Origin: Bacteroidales bacterium
GTDB lineage: Bacteria; Bacteroidota; Bacteroidia; Bacteroidales; VadinHA17
Length of the DNA stretch: 64,000 nt
Assembly: GCA_016715075.1 (NCBI GenBank)
Contig: JADKBK010000042.1
Location: 5,710-69,709, forward strand
Reading direction: 5' to 3'
Positions 50,182 through 62,416 of this stretch are shown piece after piece; the first letter of the stretch is position 1; each line of letters opens with the position of its first letter. Made by a program: the position numbers and the translations under genes. The notes under the pieces are model-generated. The model made no database searches, had not been told where the DNA came from, and saw only the letters and a list, made by a program, of their open reading frames with translations.

Positions 50182-51276
50182 ATGAAGAGCAGATTTAACC
50201 TGGTATCAACTATACTCCTGTTAATTGTAATTACAGCCATTATTGCCTATCCAAAGCTAAAACCGCTTATTGCTTCATTATCTGGCAGCAAGAACAAAGG
50301 TGGTATGCTTATGGGGACGGGTCAGCAGGTTCTGAATGTAAGTGGTTATCTTATCAAACCTGAGAAGTTCAGCGAAATTGTAAAATCGACCGGAACTTTA
50401 CGACCAGATGAAGAGGTAGATCTCTCATTCGAAGCCTCCGGTAAAATCGTCAGTATAAAATTTACTGAAGGTACCCGTGTAAAAAAGGGAGATCTCCTGG
50501 CAAAGATAAATGACAGACCATTGCAGGCACAGTTGCAAAAGCTTCTGGCACAAAAAAAACTGACAGAGGCCAAGGAATACCGGGAGCGCAGCCTTCTTGA
50601 AAAAGATGCAATCAGTCAGGAGAGTTATGATCAGATTGTTACTGAGCTTCAGACGATAGAAGCTGATATAAGTCTTATAGAGGCCAGGATCTCAGAAACT
50701 GAGCTTCGGGCGCCATTCGACGGTATAATTGGATTAAGATATCTTAGTGAAGGCTTTTTTGCCACTCCTTCAACAAAGATTGCAAAGCTCATCAAGATCA
50801 GTCCTTTGAAGATTGAATTCTCCATTCCTGAACGATATGCTTCTGAAATCAGGATAGGTTACCCTGTTACCTTCATGGTAGATGGGATAAATAAGAGTTT
50901 CGAAGCATCAGTTTATGCTGTGGATCCAAAAATCGATATTGAGACAAGGACAATTGTAATACGTGCTCTTTATCCAAACAGGAATGAGGAGTTGAAATCG
51001 GGAAGATATGCATCCATCACACTTGTCATGTCACAGATAGAAAATGCGGCATCAATACCAACGGAGGCTCTTATTCCTGAAATGGAAGGAGAAAAGGTAT
51101 TCATATATAAAACAGGGAAGGCCTCCTCCCAAAAAGTCGAGATTGGAATCAGGACAGAATCAAGGATACAGATAACTGCCGGCTTAAACTTCGGGGATAC
51201 AGTTCTGACGACAGGTATTCTTCAGCTAAGGCAGAATCTTCCTGTTGTCCTCGATACTCTTTTTAACATTCAATAG
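50182..51276 (+). CDS. Efflux RND transporter periplasmic adaptor subunit
   Basis: N-terminal TM after MKSRFNLVSTILLLIVITAII. Lipoyl, hairpin and beta-barrel pattern (SGKIVSIKFTEGTRVKKGDLLAKIND...LRAPFDGIIG...). The upstream part of the track ORF is unlikely to be coding. Confidence 0.85.
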   Translation: MKSRFNLVSTILLLIVITAIIAYPKLKPLIASLSGSKNKGGMLMGTGQQVLNVSGYLIKPEKFSEIVKSTGTLRPDEEVDLSFEASGKIVSIKFTEGTRVKKGDLLAKINDRPLQAQLQKLLAQKKLTEAKEYRERSLLEKDAISQESYDQIVTELQTIEADISLIEARISETELRAPFDGIIGLRYLSEGFFATPSTKIAKLIKISPLKIEFSIPERYASEIRIGYPVTFMVDGINKSFEASVYAVDPKIDIETRTIVIRALYPNRNEELKSGRYASITLVMSQIENAASIPTEALIPEMEGEKVFIYKTGKASSQKVEIGIRTESRIQITAGLNFGDTVLTTGILQLRQNLPVVLDTLFNIQ

Positions 51277-51294
51277 CACTGAAAAGTAAATAAT

Positions 51295-54200
51295 ATGAGT
51301 CTCTCATCAGTCAGTATAAACAGACCGGTTCTGGCAACTGTGATGGCGATAGTGATCCTGCTCTTCGGAATTGTGGGATTGACTTTCCTCGGAATTCGCG
51401 AGTTCCCGAGTGTCGACCCTCCCATCATTTCAGTTGATACTCAATATCCGGGTGCAAACTCGGATGTTATTGAGACGCAGATAACCGAGCCTCTGGAGCA
51501 ATCAATTAATGGTATACAGGGAATCAGGTCACTTACAAGCGTTAGCCGCCAGGGAGGCAGCAGCATAACTGTTGAATTCGAGCTATCTGTTGATATGGAA
51601 TCGGCTGCCAACGATGTGCGTGACAAGGTATCGCAGGCAATCAGGATGCTGCCCCGCGATTGCGATCCTCCTATTGTGGCCAAGGCAGATGCGGATGCCA
51701 ATCCGATAATGTTCATAACTGTGGAAAGCAAGAAAAGATCATTGCTTGAGATTTCGGAGATTGCTGAGCTGACACTTAAGGAACAACTTCAGACAATTAA
51801 GGGGGTAAGCGCTGTCGGCATCTGGGGGCAAAAAAGATATGCTATGCGTTTATGGCTGGATCCGGTTAAGCTTGCAGGTTATAAGCTGACTCCCATGGAT
51901 GTGAGAAATGCCATCTCTCGCGAGAATGTCGAACTCCCGTCAGGATCAATAGAAGGAACAAATACAGAGCTGACTATCAGAACGTTAGGATTAATGAGCA
52001 CCCCGAAAGAGTTCAACGATCTTATAATAAAGCAATCAGGTGATCAGATAGTCAGGTTTCAGGATATAGGCAGGGCAGAACTGGGTCCTGAAGATATAAG
52101 GGGAATTCTAAAAAGAGATGGCGTTCCAATGGTTGGGATTGCCATGATACCGCAGCCTGGATCAAACCATATTGAGATTGTTGATGAAGTATACAAACGT
52201 CTTGATTTCATCAGGAAGGATCTTGCAGAGGATGTGGTTCTGAAAATAGGATTTGATAACACCCAATATATAAGATCGTCAATCAAGGAAGTGGAGGATA
52301 CGATTTATATAGCCTTCTTTCTCGTAGTTGTAATTATATATTTCTTCCTTAGAAGCTGGAGGGCAACACTCATACCGATAATGGTAATTCCCGTCTCCCT
52401 TATCGGGGCTTTCTTTATAATGTACCTCGCCGGATACACAATAAATGTACTTACCCTGCTTGCCATTGTCCTTTCAATAGGCATAGTGGTTGATGACGCC
52501 ATTGTCGTTATGGAAAACATTTATGTAAAAGTGGAGCAGGGAATGGACCCTGTTGAGGCAGGTTTGCAGGGATCAAAAGAGATATATTTTGCAATTATTG
52601 CGACAACAATTACCCTTATTTCAGTATTTTTTCCGATAGTTTTTCTACAGGGAATAACGGGAAGACTCTTCAGGGAGTTCAGTATTGTGATGGCCGGGGC
52701 GGTAGCAATCTCGGCATTTCTGGCATTATCGCTCACCCCAATGGTTTGTACTAAAATCCTGCGTCATGAGAGTAAACACAGCTGGTTCTACAGAAAGACT
52801 GAACATTTTTTCACAAATCTGAACAATGCATACCAGGGGTCTCTTGATAATTTCCTGAAAAGACGATGGATCTCTGTCATAATAGTTGTGGCATCATTTG
52901 CCCTTATCATTCTCTTGTGGAAAGTAATACCGGCAGAGATGGCTCCCCTTGAAGACCGCTCTCAGGTCACAATAAATGCCTCGGCAGTTCAGGGTGCCAC
53001 CTATGACTTCATGTATGATTACCTGGATGATGTGGCAAAAACAGTCGAGAAAAATGTACAAGAACGTGATGGGTATGTAATGATGGTCAGAGGCGGAGGC
53101 TTTGGATTTGTACGAATTATGCTCAAGAACACCGATGAGAGAGACCGTTCACAGCAGGAAATTGCTGATGATCTGACAGGAATCCTGAGGACAAAGACAA
53201 AAGCAAGATCATTTGTAATGCAACAGTCAACATTTGGAGGCAGAAGGGCAGGGATGCCGGTACAGTATGTTCTCCAGGCCACTTCTATAGACAAACTGAA
53301 AAAAGTACTTCCGGAGTTTATGGCCAGGGTAATGGATAACCCTACCTTTGCAATGGCTGATGTCAATCTCAAATTCACCAAACCGGAACTGAGGATACAT
53401 ATCAGCAGGGAGAAGGCAACATCACTGGGAGTCTCAACCCAGAATATAGGACAGACACTGCAGCTTGCCCTTAGTGGACAGCGCTTCGGTTATTTCTTCA
53501 TGAACGGAAAACAATACCAGATCTTTGGGGAACTTGCAAGAGGCGACCGTAACAAGCCTCTGGATCTTAAATCCTTGTATGTCAGGAATAATGACGGGAA
53601 TATGATACAGTTTGATAACCTTGTAACACTGTCTGAAGAGACAGCTCCGCCCCAGCTCTACCGTTATAACAGGTTTGTTGCAGCAACAATCTCAGCAGGA
53701 CTGGCTAAAGGAAAAACAATTGGAGAAGGACTGGAAGAGATGGATAAGATTGCAGCTGAAGTGCTTGATGATACCTTCAGGACCGCACTTGCCGGGGATT
53801 CCAAGGATTTCAGGGAAAGTTCCTCAAGTCTTATGTTTGCCTTCATGCTGGCTCTGATACTTATATTCCTGGTACTTTCAGCACAGTTTGAAAGTTTCAA
53901 GGATCCCCTGATCGTGATGATGACAGTACCGCTTGCACTCACCGGAGCTTTGCTGTTTATGTGGTACTTCAACATAACAATGAATATCTTCAGCCAGATT
54001 GGTATTATAATGCTTATCGGACTTGTTTCGAAGAACGGGATACTTATAGTTGAGTTTGCCAACCAGAGGAAACAGGCTGGTTTGTCAAAATGGAAGCTAT
54101 CAGAGTGGCCGCATCATCACGTTTAAGACCCATTCTTATGACAAGTCTCTCTACAATACTGGGGATAGCACCTCTGGCCCTTGGATTCGGAGAAGGAGCT

Positions 54201-54347
54201 CAAAGCCGCGTTGCGATGTGTACTGCAGTAATCGGCGGATTAATCATCTCAACATTTCTGACCCTCTATGTTGTACCTGCTATTTATTCCTTCATCTCCA
54301 GTGAAACAAAAAAATCTGAAAATGAGAATCAGCTTGCTAATCCTTAG
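51295..54347 (+). CDS. Efflux RND transporter permease (AcrB/HAE1 type), split by a homopolymer frameshift near the 3' end
   Basis: MSLSSVSINRPVLATVMAIVILLFG..., and 12-TM architecture. ...FANQRKQAGLSK continues as MEAIRVAASSRLRPILMTSLSTILG in ORF 54090-54347. The shift is at the A4 run 54087-54090. Confidence 0.9.
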
Positions 54348-55644
54348 TCTTTTTATTATTTCACTTTCTCAACCCTCCGGTGCTCAGTCAGTTTATGGCC
54401 TGAACGATTGCATCGCAATAGGTCTCGAGAAGAACTTTTCAATTCTGGTCGCAAGGAATAATGAGAGCATTTCAAATAACAATCATACACTGGGCAATGC
54501 AGGGTATCTTCCTTCAATTGATCTCTCCGGAAGCTTCAATGGGGTTTCAAATAATACAACCCAGAATCTCGCAGACGGCAGTCAGAATAAATCAAGCATT
54601 GCACTTAACACTACTGCAAATGCCGGCTTAAACCTTGAGTGGACTATCTTCAACGGTTTTAATGTAAGCACCACATACAAGAAGCTTGGTGAATTAAAAC
54701 AGATTGGTGCACTAAATACACAGCTTTCTGTTGAAAACCTTGTTACGGATATAGTCCTTGGCTATTATGCCTATATTCAGCAGGTACAGATGATGAAAAA
54801 TCTTGAATATGCCGTTACGCTTTCAAAAGAGAGGTTAAGAATTGATGAGGACAGGTATCTTCTTGGCTCCAGCTCCAAGCTCCAGGTCCTTCAATCGCGG
54901 GTTTATCTGAATGCCGACAGCTCAAGACTATCGAAGCAGTTCGAAGTTGTGAGAGCAGCCGAAGTAAATCTGAATGAGCTCATGGCTCTGGATGACCTGA
55001 CAAAATCATTTGCAGCAAAGGATTCCGCTGTGGATGTAAACCCGGCCCTTATCTATGAGAAGCTGCTGGAAGAGACTATGGCAGACAATACCACACTGAA
55101 TATAGCGGCAAGGAATAAGACAATCTCTGAATATGATTCCAGGATAATTGCTTCCCGATCCTACCCTTATCTTAACTTATCAACGGGATACGACTATAAT
55201 CTTTTAAATTACTCTGAAGGCACATATAAAAATCAGAAAATATCAGGAATGAACTATGGCCTTACCTTCGGAGTTAACCTTTTTGACGGACTCAACCAAC
55301 GGAGAAGCATACATAATTCACGTATAGAAATTGAAAACAAGGAACTTCACTATCGTGAGATAGAACAGGGGATCAAAGCTGATCTCATAACAATTTACAG
55401 CGGCTACAGCAACAACCTCAGGCTTATAAGGCTCGAGGAACAGAACCTGCAGACTGCAGGGGAAAACCTTGAAATAGCACTTGAGAGATATAAACTTGGA
55501 AGTTTGTCAGGTATTGATCTCAGGGAAGTGCAAAAAAGTTATCTTGATGCGAAGGAGAGGTTATTACTGATCCAGTCACAGGCTAAGCTTGCGGAAGTAT
55601 CACTCCGGCTTATCTCCGGAAAAATAATGGAATACTATAAATAA
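54322..55644 (+). CDS. TolC family outer-membrane efflux protein
   Basis: Signal MRISLLILSLFIISLSQPSGA. Two TolC-type repeats. Third gene of the RND operon. The ATG at 54322 is preferred. Confidence 0.85.
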   Translation: MRISLLILSLFIISLSQPSGAQSVYGLNDCIAIGLEKNFSILVARNNESISNNNHTLGNAGYLPSIDLSGSFNGVSNNTTQNLADGSQNKSSIALNTTANAGLNLEWTIFNGFNVSTTYKKLGELKQIGALNTQLSVENLVTDIVLGYYAYIQQVQMMKNLEYAVTLSKERLRIDEDRYLLGSSSKLQVLQSRVYLNADSSRLSKQFEVVRAAEVNLNELMALDDLTKSFAAKDSAVDVNPALIYEKLLEETMADNTTLNIAARNKTISEYDSRIIASRSYPYLNLSTGYDYNLLNYSEGTYKNQKISGMNYGLTFGVNLFDGLNQRRSIHNSRIEIENKELHYREIEQGIKADLITIYSGYSNNLRLIRLEEQNLQTAGENLEIALERYKLGSLSGIDLREVQKSYLDAKERLLLIQSQAKLAEVSLRLISGKIMEYYK

Positions 55645-55653
55645 TTATCGTTT

Positions 55654-56517
55654 ATGCAGAAGAAGACGGAACTGATTATCAACGGCGATGGAAGTATCTA
55701 TCATCTTGGCCTCCTTCCCGGTGATATTGCCGAAAAGATCCTTATTGTCGGCGATCCGGGGCGCGTGGATATGCTGGCAGGATTATTAAAAGATGTCCGG
55801 GTAAAAAAAGAAAACCGGGAGTTTCATACTGTTACCGGCACATTCGACACCGGTGAAATAACAATTATCTCCTCCGGAATAGGAACAGACAATATTGATA
55901 TTCTGGTAAATGAACTGGATGCGCTTGTAAATATTGATCTTAACACAGGAACCATCAATGAAGAACCTGTATCGCTGACATTTATAAGACTTGGTACATC
56001 GGGAGCGCTTAGGGAGGATATTCCGGCAGGATCAGTCGTGGTTGCAGATACTGCAATTGGCTTTGACGGCCTGCTGCACTTTTATGAAGGCTACGACTGG
56101 ATTCTGGATACTCCTCTGTCTGATACTCTTGTTGAATATCTTGAATGGCCCGATACACTTGCCTATCCGTATGCTGTAAAAGCAAATAAAGATCTTATTG
56201 AACAATTCAATGACAGCAGCTTTCTTCATGGAATAACAATATCAACACCAGGCTTCTATGCCCCTCAGGGAAGAAAGCTCAGGCTGCTCTCCTTCGACGA
56301 TGAACTGAATGAGAAGCTTTCCGGATTTGTTTTCAGGGGAAGAGCTGTATGCAATTATGAAATGGAGAGTTCGGCTTTGTATGCACTTTCTGCACTATTG
56401 GGTCACAGGGCACTCTCAATATGCCTTGTACCGGGTAACAGGATAACCGGTGAATTCATGCACGATTATAATCCGCTCATGAAAGAGCTCGCTCTCAAAA
56501 TTCTGAAAAAACTTTAA
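55654..56517 (+). CDS. Nucleoside phosphorylase (PNP/UDP family 1)
   Basis: VGDPGRV, RLGTSGAL and YEMESSALY motifs; 287 aa. Confidence 0.7.
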   Translation: MQKKTELIINGDGSIYHLGLLPGDIAEKILIVGDPGRVDMLAGLLKDVRVKKENREFHTVTGTFDTGEITIISSGIGTDNIDILVNELDALVNIDLNTGTINEEPVSLTFIRLGTSGALREDIPAGSVVVADTAIGFDGLLHFYEGYDWILDTPLSDTLVEYLEWPDTLAYPYAVKANKDLIEQFNDSSFLHGITISTPGFYAPQGRKLRLLSFDDELNEKLSGFVFRGRAVCNYEMESSALYALSALLGHRALSICLVPGNRITGEFMHDYNPLMKELALKILKKL

Positions 56518-56545
56518 GTACATTACTCTTAGCTTTCATGGTCGG

Positions 56546-56599
56546 AAATTGATTTTCTTCGTTTACCCCGACCCCAGGGGGAGCGAAGAAAATCAATTT
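56546..56599. repeat. Perfect 16-bp inverted repeat (hairpin) between convergent genes
   Basis: aaattgattttcttcg (56546-56561) / cgaagaaaatcaattt (56584-56599) with a 22-nt loop. It is followed by a second small hairpin, tgccgc ctaa gcggca (56602-56617), and a third direct copy of gaaattgattttcg (56627-56640). Confidence 0.85.
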
Positions 56600-56709
56600 A
56601 CTGCCGCCTAAGCGGCATGGGGTAAAGAAATTGATTTTCGAGCGGCGGTTGGCCGGGGTGGTTGATTATGAATCCTCACTATAACACATAAAGTTAATGA
56701 GATAATCAA

Positions 56710-57806
56710 TCAGGAGATATACTTTTCGTATACCATGGATATGCCCTTCTCAAGGGAAATTTTTTCTTTCCATCCAAGACGATTGATCTTTGATACATCG
56801 AGTAACTTTCTGAAAGTCCCGTCAGGTTTTGAACTGTCCCAGCTAAGCGTACCTTTGAAATTCACAATTCCCGCAATCAGCTCAGCCAGCTCCTTAATCC
56901 TGAGGTCGCGGCCTGTACCTATATTAATATGGGTATTGATAGCCGGTTTTCCTTCAGTTACAAGGTCTTTAAAATCAACATTCTGCAAAGCATAAACACA
57001 GGCTGCTGCAAGATCGTCGACATACAGGAATTCGCGATACGGACTTCCTGTTCCCCAAAGGTTTATTGTGATCTCCGTTTTACCGGAAGTTTCCTTTAAT
57101 GAAGATACAATACCGAATTTAGCAAGTTTAGCAATTACTTCTCCTTCTGATGAAGAATCGTTTATTCCTTCAACAGGGTATTTTTTCAGATCTTTTCTGA
57201 TGGCAGTCCAATCCTGGTTCCCGAGACATTTTCCGAGGTGCATCTTTCTGATCAGTGCCGGCAGGACATGAGATGTTTCCAGATTATAATTATCATTCGG
57301 ACCGTAAAGATTTGTTGGCATTACAGAAATGTAATTCGTACCATACTGAAGATTATATGATTCGCACATTTTAATTCCTGCAATTTTCGCCACGGCGTAA
57401 GGTTCATTGGTATATTCCAGTTCACCTGTCAAAAGGTATTCCTCCTTAATTGGCTGAGGGCATTCCCTGGGATAAATGCATGAACTGCCAAGAAATAACA
57501 ATTTTTAACTCCATTCAGATAGCTCTGATGGATGATATTGTTCTGAATCATCAGGTTCTCATATATAAACTGAGCCCTGAATTTATTATTTGAGAGTATC
57601 CCTCCTACCTTGGCTGCAGCCAGAACAACATATTCCGGCTTCTCCTGCTCAAAAAAACCGGCTACAATTTTCTGGTTGGTCAGGTCATAGGGAGGAAATG
57701 GAGTAAATACAAAATTCGTGTATCCCTGATCAGTCAGATTTCTTGTTATCGCGCTGCCAACCATTCCATTATGTCCTGCAATATATATCTTACTGTTCTT
57801 CTCCAT
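56710..57806 (-). CDS. fcl: GDP-L-fucose synthase, split by a homopolymer frameshift
   Basis: KIYIAGHNGMVGSAI... in ORF 57429-57806. ...LNGVK(K)LLFLGSSCIYPRECPQPIKE continues in ORF 56710-57501. The shift is at the T5 run 57502-57506. Confidence 0.9.
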
Positions 57807-57818
57807 TTTAATAGGTAA

Positions 57819-58862
57819 TTATTCAGAACGCTTTTTGGCTTTTTCGAAATCTGAGGCAACCATGATCTTTACAAGATCCCTGAAAGTTGTTTTTGGCTGC
57901 CAGCCAAGTATTTCCTTTGCTTTAGCAGGATTTCCAACGAGGAGATCCACTTCTGTAGGACGGAAATATCTTGGATCGATTCTCACTACCTCCTTACCTG
58001 AAGATTTCAGGAATCCTTTTTCATCAACTCCATTTCCTTTCCAGACAATCTCCTCACCAAGGTTCATAAAGGTCTCTTCAACAAATTCCCTGATAGAGTG
58101 TGTCTCATTGGTGGCAAGAACAAAATCGTCAGGCCTGTCAGCCTGGAGAATACGCCACATACCCTCCACATATTCAGGAGCATAACCCCAGTCTCTTTTT
58201 GCATCGAGGTTACCGAGGGAAAGCATATCCTGCTGGCCCAGAATAATTTTTGAGGCAGCTACTGTGATTTTGCGTGTGACAAATGTTTTACCCCTCCTTT
58301 CGCTTTCATGATTAAAGAGGATGCCATTACTGGCAAAAACGTTATATCCTTCGCGATAGTTAACCACTATCCAGTATGAATACAGCTTGGCGGCAGCATA
58401 AGGGCTCCTTGGATAAAAAGGAGTTTTTTCAGTCTGAGGTATCTCCTGCACTTTGCCGTACAGCTCGGATGTTGAAGCCTGGTAAAAGCGTGTTTTAACG
58501 CCTGTCTCCTTTATAGCATCCAGAAAGCGAAGTGTGCCGATACCGTCAACTTCAGCAGTATATTCAGGCACTTCAAATGAGACCTGGACATGTGACTGAG
58601 CTCCAAGGTTATAAATCTCAGTAGGCTGGATCTTTTCAACCAGCCTGTTCAGGTTGCTTGAATCCGTAAGGTCGCCATAGTGAAGGAAAAACCTGCTGTT
58701 AAGGTAATCCGGATTATTGTAAATATGGTCTATTCTGAATGTATTAAAGGAACTAGAACGACGGATTATACCGTGAACTATATAACCTTTTTCCAGTAGC
58801 ATTTCTGTAAGGTAGGAGCCATCCTGACCTGTAATACCTGATATCAAAGCGATTTTTTTCAT
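57819..58862 (-). CDS. gmd: GDP-mannose 4,6-dehydratase
   Basis: [46 protein letters not shown]..., SPYAAAKLY and NHESERRG. Confidence 0.95.
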   Translation of the reverse strand: MKKIALISGITGQDGSYLTEMLLEKGYIVHGIIRRSSSFNTFRIDHIYNNPDYLNSRFFLHYGDLTDSSNLNRLVEKIQPTEIYNLGAQSHVQVSFEVPEYTAEVDGIGTLRFLDAIKETGVKTRFYQASTSELYGKVQEIPQTEKTPFYPRSPYAAAKLYSYWIVVNYREGYNVFASNGILFNHESERRGKTFVTRKITVAASKIILGQQDMLSLGNLDAKRDWGYAPEYVEGMWRILQADRPDDFVLATNETHSIREFVEETFMNLGEEIVWKGNGVDEKGFLKSSGKEVVRIDPRYFRPTEVDLLVGNPAKAKEILGWQPKTTFRDLVKIMVASDFEKAKKRSE

Positions 58863-58880
58863 ACTATTTCTCAAATTTCA

Positions 58881-60043
58881 TTAAATCCAATAGTCTTTTA
58901 TCCTGATCCTGACACGAATTGCATTTTGTATCTCTTTTTCACTGATGAGTATCAGATACCCCCCCCACCAGCGCCCGATAGTTTCCACGACAGAGCAGTA
59001 TCCCTGTAAGAATCGATAACACCGGCAATTTTGTCGTTCATCATCCTGGGAAACATTGTCACCTGTGCATTGAAAGATTCAGTGAAACCCCTGGCAAAAA
59101 GAGATATATCTTTTTTTAACATTCCATCCCATACCTTTTCAGCACCTCCTGTAAGCTTTTTCACATTATCCTCAGTTACATTAGTATCCTCAAGCACAAC
59201 GAAGCCAGCCGGACGAGGCCAGAGAGTGACCATATAAAGCCTTTCTTCAAGCCACTTAATTATCGATAAATCAGAAATAGTCTCAATTTTGGAAGGCCAG
59301 TATTTCTCCCTGTCATAATAGAACCTGTTTATTCCCGGAATTGTAATTCCTATTGAATCCTGGGAACCGCTTACGTCTTTTGTACCCGGGTCATTATCAT
59401 ATCTGAATAGAATTTTAGCAAGCTTTTCCGGGTTTTCCATTGGCAGCTGGTCGTTCCAGAGTTCGATAGCCTTCTTGCGGGTGGAAGTAGCCATTCCTGA
59501 GCGTTCATTGAATTCCAAAGTGGGTTCGATGGAGGTGGTAATTGCCCAACCCGGGTGATATTTGGACACATAAGGCTGGTCGATCCAGGTTCCTGCAAGG
59601 TCAATCCTGTAAGGGATCGGTGTCTCCTTACGCAGAGTGGTTGTTGATCGCACAGGTAAATTGGCATGAGGAATTCTCCTCAAAACCTTATATTCTATTC
59701 CCAGCTCCTGACAGATCCTCTCCTTATCGTGTGTATGCCCATCCTCATTTACTACAAAAACGTCGGGCCGGAGATCCTTCATATCGTCGAGGAAATCGAG
59801 AATTCCACTTCCCCTGTTGATTTTCACCTGGTGAACGCACGACAGTGCTTTTATCATATACAGCCTCTCCTCTTCCGAGTTCACTGTCATTCGTCCCTTA
59901 AGATCAGAAACAGTCTTATCTGATCCAAGTCCCACATAGAGATCACCAAACTGGGAGGCTTCCTGCAGGAAGGCAATGTGTCCGGAATGGAGAATGTCAA
60001 AACAACCGCTGACAAAGACCTTTTTTCCGTTATTAACTGGCAT
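58881..60043 (-). CDS. Cytidylyl/adenylyltransferase-like domain fused to a GHMP-kinase-like domain; 3' end displaced by a frameshift in a C8 run
   Basis: N-terminus KVFVSGCFDILHSGHIAFLQEA (HxGH nucleotidyltransferase). C-terminus ...SGMATST... and KLSGAGGGG. After the C8 run 58959-58966 another frame reads YLILISEKEIQNAIRVRIRIKDYWI*, a typical GHMP C-terminal continuation ending at 58881. Confidence 0.7.
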
Positions 60044-60152
60044 AGTTTTTAATTTTAATCGGATAATATCTGAAAACTAAATTACTATTTATAATGACAA
60101 TTGGAATATGCTGAAATCTACAGATGGATGTTGATGTGGATTGAATACTATA

Positions 60153-61136
60153 TTACATGTTGGTTATGAACCATTTCACATATTCTTCAAGACCCTCTAC
60201 GACATTATGAGTCGGTTTATATCCCAGTAGTTTTGATGCTTTATCAATTGAAGCAAGGGAATGCTGTATATCCCCTGCCCTGTCAGGCCCGTAAACAGGT
60301 TCGACAGTTAGTATGGAACTGTCATATTTACCGGCGAACTCCCGCAGATAGAAAAACAGCTGATTAAGGGTTGTCCTCTCGCCATGAGCAACATTATATA
60401 CCTGATTAAGGGCTGCCTTATTTTCAGTAATGCCGGCAAGGTGGTTTGCCTGAACAACATTTTTAACATAAGTAAAATCTCTCGAGACAGATCCGTCACC
60501 ATTTATCAGAGGAATTTCATGCCTGATCAGCATCTTAAGAAATTTAGGAATTACAGCGGCATATGCACCATCAGGGTCTTGTCTTTTACCATACACATTG
60601 AAATATCTCAGTCCAATTACATCTATTCCATAACTCTTAGAGAAGTTCGTTGCAAAAAGCTCATTTACATATTTTGTTATTGCATAAGGAGAAAGGGGTG
60701 CTCCGATCTTGTCTTCCACTTTTGGAAGGTCAGGGTGATCACCATAGGTTGAAGAACTCGCTGCATAAACAAAGCGTTTTACCTTTGCCTCCTTGGCTGC
60801 AAAAAGGATTTTAACAAATCCTCCGATATTAACATCTGTTGATGTAACAGGATCTTTTATTGATCGCGGCACTGAGCCAAGAGCCGCTTCATGAAACACA
60901 ATATCAATATCTCTGACAGCTGTTTCGCAATCACTTATATTCCTTATATCTCCTTCAATAAGGCGAAAATCAGGATTATCTATAAATCCCTTCAGGTTTT
61001 CTCTCTTACCTGTTGAAAAGTTATCGAGACAGGTAACCTGATTACCATTCAAAAGAAGCGATTCAATCAGGTTAGAACCGATAAAACCGGCTCCCCCGGT
61101 TACCAGAATTTTGCGATTCTTTAATATTTTTTCCAT
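60153..61136 (-). CDS. NAD-dependent sugar-nucleotide epimerase (SDR; WbpP/TviC-like UDP-GlcNAc(A) 4-epimerase family)
   Basis: [20 protein letters not shown] and [11 protein letters not shown] (YxxxK); 327 aa. Confidence 0.8.
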   Translation of the reverse strand: MEKILKNRKILVTGGAGFIGSNLIESLLLNGNQVTCLDNFSTGKRENLKGFIDNPDFRLIEGDIRNISDCETAVRDIDIVFHEAALGSVPRSIKDPVTSTDVNIGGFVKILFAAKEAKVKRFVYAASSSTYGDHPDLPKVEDKIGAPLSPYAITKYVNELFATNFSKSYGIDVIGLRYFNVYGKRQDPDGAYAAVIPKFLKMLIRHEIPLINGDGSVSRDFTYVKNVVQANHLAGITENKAALNQVYNVAHGERTTLNQLFFYLREFAGKYDSSILTVEPVYGPDRAGDIQHSLASIDKASKLLGYKPTHNVVEGLEEYVKWFITNM

Positions 61137-61195
61137 CTACCTCAGTTATAAAAAGATAATTCTCCAATGTAACTATTTTATCATTCAGATGAATG

Positions 61196-62356
61196 CTATT
61201 TTTCAAACAGCAGCAATATTTCTTTAAGAATGAATTCTGCAGCCTTTCCATCGCCGTAGAATCCAGGGTATTCAAGTTCGGAGTGCGAATCCATCAACCG
61301 TAGAAACTCATCTCTCAGCAGATCAGGATCGGCATCAACAAGTACTGAAGTACGGTTATTTACCAGTTCAATCCATTCAGTTTCCTTACGGAGAACAATA
61401 CTTGGTTTCCTGAAGAAATGGGATTCTTTCTGAACACCTCCGGAATCAGTAACTATCATTTTACAGTTCTTTTCAAGAAGAATCATTTCAAGGTATGAAA
61501 CGGGAGGTATTATTTTAATCAGGCGTGAATCGCACAGCTCATTATAGAGGCTGTTGAGCTTTGTTTTAAGAGATATAATGGTACGCGGATGCAGTGGCAT
61601 CACGAGGGTTATATTACATGATTCAGAGAGGTTTTTCAGAGTAACAAGGATATTCTGCAATCTGGTAATGTCATCAGTGTTTATATCCCTGTGAATAGTG
61701 GCAAGTACGAAGTTGTTCCGATCCACAGACAGCCGGTCCAGAAATTTATTTTTCTTTTTTTCCGCCAGTTCAGCAAAGAAAAGGCTGTTGTCATACATTA
61801 TATCGCCTGTGAGGTAGATCTTCGGATTATCTATTGAATAAGGGGGACTGTTCTCAGGGCGGAACCCCTCATGTACAAGGTTCTTAAAGGCAGAATTTGT
61901 AGGTGCAAAGAGAAGTGTTGAAGAGTGGTCGCTTATTATCCTGTTGAGCTCTTCAGGCATTGTCTTGTTGAATGAACGGAGGCCTGCTTCGATATGGATA
62001 ACCGGGAAATGGAGTTTAGAGGCGGCAAGCGAACCGGCAAGTGTCGAATTTGTATCACCGTAAACAACTACACAGTCGGGCTTTTCACTGATCAAAACCT
62101 CTTCAATGCCTGTGATCATCATAGCAGTCTGTTTACCATGGCCGGCTGACCCCACTCCAAGATTAAAATCGGGTTCAGGTATTTCAAGCTCATCAAAAAA
62201 CACATCAGATAACTCTTTATCATAGTGCTGGCCTGTATGTACAAGTATTTCGGTAATATCTTCTGTGAAACTCGTCCGGATAGCTCTGCTGATTGCTGAA
62301 GCCTTAATGATCTGTGGCCTGGCACCAACAAGACTCAGGAGTTTTATATGTGGCAT
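61196..62356 (-). CDS. wecB: UDP-N-acetylglucosamine 2-epimerase (non-hydrolysing)
   Basis: LSLVGARPQIIKA..., HTGQHYD, VVVYGDTNSTLAG, HIEAGLRS and DSGGVQKE. Confidence 0.9.
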   Translation of the reverse strand: MPHIKLLSLVGARPQIIKASAISRAIRTSFTEDITEILVHTGQHYDKELSDVFFDELEIPEPDFNLGVGSAGHGKQTAMMITGIEEVLISEKPDCVVVYGDTNSTLAGSLAASKLHFPVIHIEAGLRSFNKTMPEELNRIISDHSSTLLFAPTNSAFKNLVHEGFRPENSPPYSIDNPKIYLTGDIMYDNSLFFAELAEKKKNKFLDRLSVDRNNFVLATIHRDINTDDITRLQNILVTLKNLSESCNITLVMPLHPRTIISLKTKLNSLYNELCDSRLIKIIPPVSYLEMILLEKNCKMIVTDSGGVQKESHFFRKPSIVLRKETEWIELVNNRTSVLVDADPDLLRDEFLRLMDSHSELEYPGFYGDGKAAEFILKEILLLFEK

Positions 62357-62416
62357 CGATGTTGGTAATTATTAACTGCAATAAAGATAAAAAATATTCA
62401 TTTCCTGAAACCCTGA

